A DNA stretch of 56,452 nt, counting the filler, from Sluysia triapertura (taxonomy: Eukaryota): assembly GCA_046118255.1 (NCBI GenBank). It is 4 parts of 4 records of this genome, joined end to end, with 100 filler letters (N's around TTAATTAATTAA, not from the genome) between each part and the next. Parts side by side here need not be neighbours in the genome. Positions count along the whole stretch, not along the records: positions 1 to 14,275 come from JBJNIA010000676.1; 3 more parts are not named here. One strand, 5' to 3'. The stretch's first letter is position 1, and every line of letters begins with the position of its first letter. Made by a program: the position numbers and the translations under genes. Of the stretch, positions 1 through 10,414 are shown in pieces. The notes under the pieces were generated by a model. It saw only the letters and a program-made list of their open reading frames with translations, was not told the DNA's origin and did not search any database.

Positions 1-206
1 GATTATTTTGCTACCTATGTAAAGGTTCATAAAGCTATTTGTTATATGTCTTCAAATGATTATTTTACTACCTATGTGAAGGTTCATAAAGCTATTTGTT
101 ATATGTCTCCAAATGATTATTCTACTGCCTATGTAAAGGTTTATAAAGATAATTTGTATATGTCTCCGAATGATTATTTTAGTACCTATATAAAGGTACA
201 TAAAGG
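1..206. repeat. 57-bp minisatellite, about 3.6 copies, truncated by the window start
   Basis: Unit GATTATTTTRCTACCTATGTRAAGGTTCATAAAGCTATTTGTTATATGTCTYCAAAT starts at 1, 58, 115 and 172, with progressive divergence. Confidence 0.9.
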
Positions 207-1654
207 CGCCCTCTACGCGTTTTCGAGCAATGACTTTTGCATTGACAGAATTTTGAACTTCACGTTCGATCATTGTTACTCACTGTATTATCTTATTATT
301 ATATTTAAATTATATTATATCAGTTATGGCAAAGTATTCTGCATCATTGTTCACAATGTTACTGATGCTACAGTTCGTATCAAGTGTCGAAAAACCGGAT
401 CGCGTGTAGTTACAATGCCAGTACGTTGTTATATTAATCTAGAGATGATAGATACGTCAAAAAGTGTCATAAATAAAACTTCCACGTTTTGTATTGTTTT
501 ATCTTTTCAAAACTTCAATTTAAAACTTTGCAAGTGCCTTAAGCACGTATCTTATGATCACAAATTATTGTACGTTAAATGTAAAATTAAAATTTTAAGG
601 TCTAAAAACAACAATAATAACTCCTCTACTCCCATAAAAGCATCCTTTTTCTTATGTTAAAATCCAACGGCTGGCCCTCGCTGGTAAGTCCAGTACGTTG
701 GCGAACTTACGTTAATTAATTTATATTTATTCTACTATCATTTCTTACATAACGTTACTCTATTGAAGTCACGAATTCATATATATATTACCTTAACGGA
801 CACTACGCCCAAAAATCGATATAAAATTATCTCAATTTATTATAATGTTACAAACAGATTTATATCGTAACTTTACGTTAACTTTATATCACAACGTCAA
901 AAGTTATAGAATGTGTATTATATAAAATTTAAAAAATAAAATACACAAATACAATTTTTATCAAAATAATAATATAAACAATAATAACAATAATTGATTT
1001 TTTAAATAAAATGGCCTATCCAAAGACTCGGCCAAGTGGATTTATATTTTATAAGGACCAACGAAAATAATCTGAATTTAGAGTTTAAAGAGATTTTATA
1101 ATTGATCATAGGAACCAACGGAAAATAGAAAAGATTTTATAACTCTTACGAGTTTACCAAGCTATTTAATTTAAACTTACTACTTAACAATGTTCTATAA
1201 TATGAATCCATATTGACTGAATAAATAATTTCGTTGCTAAATGTGAACAGCTTGATGACCACTTTGATTTGGAGTAACTAAATTTTTGCAATGCAAATAT
1301 TGTACAACCAAAATGATGTCTCTGACGCTCTGCATCATAAACTTGTGTAATTTGTTTAATTTCTTTATGATGATTCTAAAATGGCGTTGTTTGACTATTG
1401 TCTGTATTGTGTCTTTACTACTATTTGTGTAGCTTTATCTGTAGCATAATGGCTATCAAGAGGCATATTAATAAATTTAATTCTTGTAAACAATTACTTT
1501 GAGAATATACTTTTCAAAATAATTAAATTTTATTTTTAATTTTGATGTAATTATAATAATAATTTTTCGTAATATTTATAATTTTACACAAAACATAAAA
1601 ATATAAAATAAATAATAATAAAATATAAACCAACTTTATACAACTTTACACAAT

Positions 1655-1945
1655 ATTTGAAAGGACGACTCGTCACTAAAACACATTTTACTCCAGTCAT
1701 CCTCAGTTAAATGTTGGTGTTACTTAGCCCATGCTAAACTTTTAATGATTATCAACTTAGGCTTTCTTATGGGTCGTCTGCAAGTCTCCTTCTGACTATT
1801 TTGGCACTAACATGAATTCCGCAAATCTCTGCTTCTGCAAAGTAATACTGATAGCCTTACGAATCAACATAGAAAGTTTCACCAAATATCTATCATTTCT
1901 CACTGATGTCTTCTTCTTTCTGCCACATTTTCCCGATCACTTTTT
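1655..1945 (-). mobile_element. Tc1-family transposase remnant (HTH region to first catalytic Asp)
   Basis: Minus-strand translation with stops and frameshifts gives GKCGRKKKTSVRNDRYLVK...IHVSAKIVRRRL...RKPKL...LAWAK*HQHLTEDDWSKMCFSDESSF. This matches the Tc1 GRPRKT and W..V.FSDES.F motifs. Confidence 0.85.
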
Positions 1946-2539
1946 GATGAACCACCAAAGAGATGAAATTGAAAGATTTTTAAAAGGTAAAACAATTTTG
2001 TTAGATTTGGTAATTCATGAATTCTCTTACTCTATTTGATTCAAGAGAAATCGTATTTTATTTGGCAATTCATAAATTGTTTAATACGAGATTTAATTAT
2101 TTAGTGCTATGAAGATTTTGGTAATTTTTTCAATAGAGCATTTTAAATTGCTCTATAGAATCTTTTTAAAAATTATATATAAATTATAAATTAATATTTT
2201 ATTTGCTAACATAAAAAATCGTTGCAAATTCACTTCATTGGTTGTTAAGTAAAATACGAGTTATTACTCATAAGTTTTGCAAGTCTAAATGAAGATAAAA
2301 TAAACAGTTTGAAGTTTTTATTACAAATTATTAAACTTATCTATTAAACAAATATCAAACACATTTTAATATTTCTAAATTTCTTTTATATTTTAAATAC
2401 TTGTGTTTATACTTTTAAACTATAATTATATAATTATAACACCAAAGAACTGTAAAATTCAATCAGTATTTACCACTAATGCATTGAATCAGCTCTCTTA
2501 CAGCATAAGTGATAATCATTACAATGATTTTTTGTGTTA

Positions 2540-2786
2540 AATGATAGCAAAATGTGGTTCTTAATATACAGGAAGTCAGGAATTCGACTTAATTATTGTC
2601 AATGTCGATAACACATGCTTATTTCTGAGGGTCGCTTTTATGCAAATTAATTATATTAATCAAATTTTAACATAAATTTCCGTCTTAATATTATCTAGCA
2701 ATTACCCAAAGATAATGGGTATCACATAATTAATATCTTAAATTAAATTTAGTAATATTGAAAAAAAGCCCGTCGGAAAGGGTTAA
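2540..2786 (+). mobile_element. Possible piggyBac-like right terminus
   Basis: GC-rich GCCCGTCGGAAAGGG followed directly by TTAA (2783-2786), the piggyBac terminus and target-site signature. Faint Cys-rich remnants lie upstream. No matching left end was found. Confidence 0.35.
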
Positions 2787-2975
2787 AGAACTAATTAATA
2801 ATACAAAATTAAGAACCAACCTCCACAAAAGACGATTCAGAAACAAAACATATCCAATAAACTTTATTTAACGCATTCCATTAAGTGAATAAATTTTGTG
2901 CAAAACATATATATACTTAAGTAATAACAAAAATTTTATTACATTACTTTTTGAAGTACTTTGCAACATTATGAT

Positions 2976-3630
2976 TTAAATAGATGGGTTTTTAAGCATT
3001 ACGAAATCGAAATAAGTATCTTCTAAATCATCTTTGTCTTTAAATGATTTAAGTCGATTAGCTTTTGATGACTCAAAAATTGTGAAAAATTCTTGACGCG
3101 CTTTTTCTATTGGTAATTTGTGGCTTTGTAATGGATTCTGATTATGTATAGATTGATCTAGATAAATATCATCATTTTCACTTAACTCATCTATATTCTC
3201 ATCTCCAAACAATGAATTACCAGCTGAAGATTCTATCGATAGTGTGTATGTAGTATCAGTTTCAGGACCTAAACAATAAATTTAGTAAAAATAAACTTAC
3301 AAAATTCTTGTATAAATTTATTTTCCAATTCATCAAATTCACCAAACACAAGATCATTAGTTTCAGATTCCATTTTTTCACGATGATAATCAAAATCTAA
3401 TATTGCATCTTCTTCTTCATAAGCCAATTTTTGGTCTTCTAGTGATTCTGTAGCAAGATCATCAAGGTATTTAAAAGCAATTAGAAATTTCGATTTTATA
3501 AAATCCAATAATTGATAATCTGAAAGTCCTTGTAACAAAATAATTATACATGCTAAATGAGTTATAATTAAATAAAATCAATATTATACTTGCAACTTGA
3601 ATCACAGTTTTCAAGTTAAAATACAACGAA
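2976..3630 (-). CDS. 3' part of a spliced gene for an unknown acidic protein
   Basis: Exons 3630-3590, 3552-3301 and 3268-2976 join in frame via GT-AG introns of 37 nt (3589-3553) and 32 nt (3300-3269). The joined product reads SLYFNLKTVIQVATCIIILLQGLSDYQ...IQEFCPETDTTYTLSIESSAGNSLFGDEN...KNPSI*. The start was not identified. Confidence 0.65.
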
Positions 3631-4520
3631 CTGATTATAAATAAAGCACTAATTTTAATCGACAGTATAAAAAACTAAATAAATTAATTAAAATTTTAAT
3701 TTTTTACTGCAGTATTTGTTGTTTTATTCGATTTCAATCTCAGTTGGAAAAAGTAAATGAAAATTTTTAATAAGAAATATTTTGCATTGAGAAATAAAAG
3801 ATAAAAATCTATGATATTTTTTCGACGTAAAATTTCAAAAAATCGTTCTATTAGTAAATAAATATTTATTATTCCTTACTTATCTTCTTTATTTTATTTA
3901 ATTGTATCAGTGTATTAATTAAAACTATAAAACCAGAAGCTAAACAAAGAGGAGGTAAATAGGATAACAACCTAAAATAAAAATTAATAAATAAAAAACG
4001 CACTCTATAAAAATGTATGCTGCTATACTTAATAAAAATGTCGTAAAAATCAGTAATAAAATTTTTAAATATATTTCCATATTAGTAAGTAAAAATATAT
4101 AGTATAAATAAAAATATCAAAACTTATTAAACTATTTATTATTTCGGTTATTATATTAAACTAAACTTATGTGTTTAAAATTGCTTTTTATTTTTAAACA
4201 TAAATCTTCATCAAATTTTATAATTGTTTTATTCATATTTTCTCTAATATTCAAACAATGTAGTTTTATATTATTTTGATATATTCAACATTATTATGTA
4301 AAATATTTATTGCGTGTAATTTTGAATAATTTCCTATATTTTTATAAATGTAAATAGTTTTTCCTCATGAATTTTGTGAGGTTTAGTAAGTACACACATT
4401 TTGATGTTCTTTATTATTGTGTGTATTTCAAAAACAACTGTAATATACTCATTTTGTATTATAATTCGTGCTAGTTCAAAATTTCATTTGAAATTTGATT
4501 AAAATCAACAAGATTTAAAT

Positions 4521-4772
4521 ATGGTTATAGTTCATCTAACGAATTCCCAACGAAAAGTTGTTGATACGTCGGAAAATGAAACAATTAGTGAATTCTTAGA
4601 ACGAGTAAATGATAACGTAATAATCTTATTATTTTTAAAAAATAGTTTTGTATTGAAAATGATTTACCTCCCAGTGATTATGAATTTCGAAATATAAAAA
4701 ATAAACCTCTAGATTCGAATATGGTAATTAATGATTTTAGTATTCGTGAATTAAAATTAATGAAAATCGAAA
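4521..4772 (+). pseudogene. Spliced RBD/Cordon-bleu-like ubiquitin-fold domain, probably a decaying gene copy
   Basis: Exons 4521-4604 and 4646-4772 (41-nt GT-AG intron) give MVIVHLTNSQRKVVDTSENETISEFLERFCIENDLPPSDYEFRNIKNKPLDSNMVINDFSIRELKLMKIE, a beta-grasp pattern like RBD or Cobl UBL. The upstream exon has an in-frame TAA, and downstream exon-like blocks lack AG acceptors. Confidence 0.55.
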
Positions 4773-6139
4773 GTGAGTTTAATAATAATTTAAAAAATTG
4801 TTATTAATATAATTATATATTTTATAAATTAAACAAAATTCAAACAATTATTAACGAATACTTCAAAAAATATGAAAGTAATTAAATTAATGTAAAATAA
4901 CTTGTAATAACTAAAAACGATTGGCTAATTAGTATACGATAATCATCGAACCGAAATAGTAATTATTTTTTATTCTAATTAATCTTTGTGTTGTATTGTT
5001 GAACTTCAAGTCATAACGTTAAGAAATACAATAAAGATATTAATAATGTATGAGTATGTTACAAGCTGTTATTGTTTTCAGACAACTCTTGTATTATATA
5101 TAGATGAATACATTATCATTTATGTATAAATTTTTATTTCTTAATGTATGTGATTTTATGTTTTAGCATTTTGTTTAGTATTAATCAGTGTAGTACAAGA
5201 TTATTCAAATTCCTTACATCGCGTTTTCTGTATAATAAAAATAGCTCATTAAAACAATAAAGTGAGTGGAAAACATTTTTCAAAGAAACATTATTTTAAT
5301 AACAAATAAATAATTGTTTTAAAAATACAGACTATGTCACATAAATAGGATTTTAATTGTGTAAACTCGTAACTTTTGAGTATTTGAAATATGTTGAAAA
5401 GCTTTGTTTTCCATGAATCCCAAAGAAAGTTTACCTAAAGTTTTCTGAACCATGTGAAGATTAATCTTCGTGAAGAACACATCTTTTTGTGTTTTTCCAT
5501 CTTTATTTATATCGGTCATCTTTAAATTGGTAGCATAACTTTAACAATCAAATCTAAAATCATCCTGTAATTGACGATTATCAAATTGATATTGTTTATT
5601 TTGTTTGTTTTGCTTTTCCACTTATAGGAGCATCAGTAAACTTATATTTTTCATGAGTAAAGCATGGTCTAGCTAAGTGGTATTACAGAATTGATTTGAA
5701 TCTGAACTATAGGTATCTAATAGAATGAGCTAGAATGTAAGATGTCACGAACATACATTATGAAGTCATCTCGAAAGTATTTTGTGTTTATAGTATTAGC
5801 ACAAATACTATACAAATAAACCTTATTAAGATTATCCTATTATAGAAAGTGCTTAATTTTTCTACATCATCTTTAATTGTTTTTATATTTGACATTTTAT
5901 ATTTACATTTTATATTTGACATGTTGACTTTCTAAATATATTTTTATCTGAGACAAGATTCATTTCAACTTGACTACCGATTATTGGATATTTAACTTTA
6001 TTGAAACTAGCTTATTTCGTTTACTCACTTCTTGTAAAATTCCTTTAAATTGCTTGGCTTACCATAAAGTATAAATAAATTGAAAATGTACAAAGTAAAA
6101 ACTTTATAAACAGAAAACTTTAGATATAAACAAATTTTA

Positions 6140-6750
6140 CCTCGTTTTTTAATAATTTGTACAATTTTCTGGTGCTAACTGCAAGATTTCGTGAGCATTT
6201 CTCATTCTAAATTCGATATCACATTTCATATTCTTAAATTTTTTCATTCACTGAGACTTTGGTGCACTCAATTACTCGATGCGTTCTTTGAAATCGTTGC
6301 AAGCTGTATTATAAAGTCATCTAATTCATTATAATCAAAGTAAGCATTACCATCACTATCAACAGTAGTATCGCATCAGTGTTGATGATATTCTATTTTA
6401 TCCACAATTTCGCAAATTTACATTTTTATTAAAGAATTGTAATTGTAGAATATTTATTGAGAGTCGTTCTTCCGCACAAGGCGGACCTGGAGGAAGTCTG
6501 TGTCTACGCCAAAATTCCCTTTCTGGAGCTGAATAACTTTTCTGTCACTTATTTTCCAATCTAACTTGTTCTTCCGCTTGCTTGTAAATAAATTCCCACT
6601 TGTCACACACATTTTGTAGTCGATCTAAAGTCCTTTATATATAGCACAATGCATTTCATTTAGTCTTCTGACTTTAGATAACCAAAAACATGGTTCCCGG
6701 AACCGATATAATATTCCTGGGTCATCTTTGACCACCAATAACAAATTAAG
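6140..6750 (-). pseudogene. Degenerate R7-family RGS (RGS6/7/9/11-type) fragment
   Basis: Frameshifted blocks LLVVKDD / YRFREPCFWLS / CAIY / LDRLQ / DKWEFIYKQAEEQVR / EREFWRRHRLPPG match the R7 DEP-DHEX pattern (TLKDD..YRFQTPYFWPS..AVY..LARLQ..KWEFIFMQAE..ERAFWDVHRPVPG). Later blocks ACNDFKE and LYKLLKNE resemble the RGS box. Confidence 0.75.
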
Positions 6751-7799
6751 CAGAGTAGAAAAGTAGACGATTAAGAAATAACCGTAAGCAACGTTATTGT
6801 TATATGATTTACGATTGAAATGGTTTAGTAAATAAAGTTGTGAATTAATTGATTGTAAAAGTTGTGAAATAATTAATAATTAAAGTGTAAGGTACGATAT
6901 GTGTAAAGTATTATTTTGTACTTTATGGAGTGTGTATTACATTTTATTTATTATTTAATTCTTAATGCATGAACGTTTTGTATAATTTCACATATTATTT
7001 GTTATTAGCGTATCGGATATGAATGTATGGTGTAGGATTGTTTACAGTAACTATGTTATAAATTGCGTGAACATTAAAGTGCATGGTACAGGATATAGAG
7101 GGATTTCTAAACGTGTGATAAGAAGTGAATTTGCTGAATTAGCTTAAAATATAGATATGAATTATTAGAATTATGGATGATCTGTTGGATGAGTTTGTTT
7201 GTAAGCTTTTAAGCTTTGCATCCCCAACATTAAAGATATTTTTATATGAAATATTATATTTTAAGCTGCTTCTTTGCATCTTCTAAAGAATTATATAATA
7301 TATTTGCATTGTGTTATCCCAGCCATTTACAGTATTTTTATTACCACACGCACTCATAAATTTACATAAAATTCATTTACAAACATATTATATGTGGTGT
7401 TCCAGTCATATACTGGACTTTTATTGCCACGTACAGTCGTATACTTACATAAAAGTTATCCGCTAATACTTTTGACATTGCACAACTTCAACTCATGTCA
7501 CACAAATTACAAAACTCAAAAATAAAAAATCTGCAACACATAAACTATTATTATAAACTATCATAGCTGATATCACTTTTCTAATTTGTCTCAACATCAC
7601 CTCTGAAACATAATTACCTTCATTTTTCGTCCTCTTTCTATTAGTATGTATGTTTGTTTATTTCTTGAAAATTCCTATTGTTGTTTGTATTTTATCTCTG
7701 AAGATAAGAAATTTCGTGCTGCAAACATACTGAATAATCATCTTGATAAATAATGGAAGATCAATAATGAAATTGACAAGAAAAAACAACAGTCATCGA

Positions 7800-9350
7800 A
7801 ATGCAATTAACAGAATTAATTGATATTGAAGAAATAGAACTCAGAAATTGTGGATCAGCTTTTTTCGAAATTCAGGTGTCGCGTTCACACGATTCAAATG
7901 AAAATTATCAAGTGTCTTTGCATCCGTTATCACTACTTCTACAATGCTGAATTTAAAATCAAATGGAAATCATTTTAGATCTGTGACTTCTATTCATAAC
8001 AATGATTTTGAGGAGACTAATGATCATTATTTGTCATTTCAAAAACGTAACCGTATTTTTAAGGCTATTTTCAAGCAGAAAAATCCAATGTAACTAAGCT
8101 TATGGAAGGATTTTCGAGTTGATTTCGTGGATTTGGTGCAAAATATGGACGAACGTTTGATGAAAGAAATCGATGACATGTCTAACTCAAAACCTACTAC
8201 TGAATGCATTCTAGGGAAATTGAAGATGAATGTAATTTACTCGCACTAAGTTATGGTGAATGGTTAAATTTGAGTTGTCCCCTCAGATGTTTCTGGATGG
8301 AAGGCACAACTACAGTTTATTTTCTGGATTTTGAATTGGATCTAATTCAAGAAGAAAATACATATGAAACGATGATACATCATTTACTTTTATTTAAGTT
8401 TTAAAAAAGTAATCAATGCAAGAGAACGTGGTTATTGTTACGAAAACAAATTACTTGATGCGTTTTCATCCGTCATCACTATTTCTACTGAATTTAAAAT
8501 TCTTTTAGATCCGTTACTTCGTCTATTAATAATAGTGATTATGAGGAGACTTCTGATGATGATGATGATGATGATATTAATAATAATGTTGAAGATGATA
8601 AAGGTGATGGTGGCATTAATATTAATGATGGTAATAATAACTATGATAGTGATTATAAGTATAATTTTGATAATGATTTAAAAGATAAAGACATTAATGA
8701 TCATGAATTAAATAGCAGAGTCTTTATGGGTGTGTGTCATAACTGTAAAACAGAAAATACAGTTTCTACAATATGTAAAAAGTGTGCTAACACTAAATTT
8801 AGGTCTTGTAAAACACCTAATGAGTTAGGTATAATAAAATGTGAATGTAGATTTGAAAACAATACTGAACTTTGGTTATGTAAAACATGTACTTATAAAA
8901 TTCAAAATGATAAGTTTGATAAAATTGAGAAGTTTGTCTGAATTGTCGGAAATGCGGAAAGCGTGCATGTGAATGTCTAAAAACACCAGATGTAAAACAT
9001 AGATATACGAACAAAAATAATACAAATAATAGTAAAGTTAATAATAACAATAATATTAATAAGGAGTGTAAAAATAAAAGTATAAATATGAATAAATTTG
9101 AATACGACGATCGTAATGATGGCGTGATTATCGAAAATACAACTAAAAATTAAACACTAAACGGTCTGTGCGATTAAGAGTGGAATCATGTTCTGATAGC
9201 CTGTCTAAAGACGTAAATATGAAGGAGTTTGATTATGAGCATGGAGATCCTGACCACACCGACGAAGATTATAAGTTTTTCGCACGAGATGCTATTGATG
9301 GAACAAATTTTATGCATGCTGAATCAAATGTTCTGGTAGACCGCTCATAG
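7800..9350 (+). pseudogene. Intronless, frameshifted ORF remnant with an Asp/Asn-rich tract and CxxC zinc-ribbon-like motifs
   Basis: The frame is open from about 8525 to 8941 (DYEETSDDDDDDD...CHNCK...CKKC...CECR...WLCKTCT) and continues in another frame (CRKCGKRACEC). Flanking short ORFs are 8204-8404 and 9168-9350. The family was not recognised. Confidence 0.45.
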
Positions 9351-10204
9351 AGTTATATCGTGTATTACATCGAGTGGTCGTTTCTAATTCACAATATAGT
9401 AAGTTTTCATTTCTATCTGAAACATGTTCAAAATTCAACATGTTTGGATCACGTTGCAAATAAAAGGAATACTTTTTATTGTTTTGATTTTCGAATTAAT
9501 TGTATAATTTATTTCAACCATAATTTCTCAATTACACTATTCGTCATTTGTAAGGACCTTAAGTCTATTTTGAATTTAAATAATAAAACTTTATATTTTA
9601 AATCCATTACTGATGCAATTATAACCCGGACATCACATCCAATATTAAAATCTACAATAAATTCATTAATATACAAATCGTCTTCCTCATTCTCATCAAC
9701 ACCATTCCGAAGAGCACCTTTAAATTCTTCGTGTTGCATTTTTTTAATTTCATTAAATGATAACGCAAAATTTTACATTGTACATTTTACATTTTTATCA
9801 TTTATAAATTTTTAACTGTTAATTTGTTTTTCTACAAAATGCATAAGTTATGCTGTGGATTGAGGTGATTAGACGAAATTGTGGGTAGAGTATTTGAAAT
9901 TGAATCTATAGATAAATGGCACGAACTACGCAAAATTTCGAATACGGATAGACGTAGATATGTACTTTTGAATCAAAACATAAACATGAACAAATAATGC
10001 ACAAACATCGTCATAAGGGTCATCTTATACCTTCAACATCACCAAAAATGATGTATTATACTTCATCGATGTCATACAGTATCAATGTCATGCAAACATC
10101 GAGATATCTTATCAACTTCATGCCAACACACATCATCAGCTTTATTCAAATATTATCAACATACATACCTAACATCATGTGCTAATTAAGTGTAATTGAT
10201 TACT

Positions 10205-10414
10205 GTTCAAAGGTGTCCCTGGGTATTTTTAATATTTGTGAAGATATTTTCTCAGTCACGTGTACCTCTCGTATACAAAATGAAACCAGTGTAACTTCTC
10301 ATGCCTAGCTAGACAAGACCCTCAAGTAATACGCCGAATATAAATAAAAGTATTTAAAGAAGAAATTTGCTCTATCTATTAGATCAGCCGCGACCTCCGC
10401 GGGGCTAAAACTGT
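10205..10414 (+). mobile_element. Possible decayed Helitron 3' end
   Basis: EDIFS-VTCTSRI loosely resembles the Pif1-type helicase end (PVFSHGQLYVA.SRV). It is followed by a GC hairpin AGCCGCG-ACCTC-CGCGGGGCT (10386-10406) and CTGT, where the canonical end is CTRR. Confidence 0.3.

Noticed and set aside
46-660. 204-aa ORF as a real gene
   Set aside because: The first quarter is the minisatellite and the rest has AT-driven composition with no recognisable motif.
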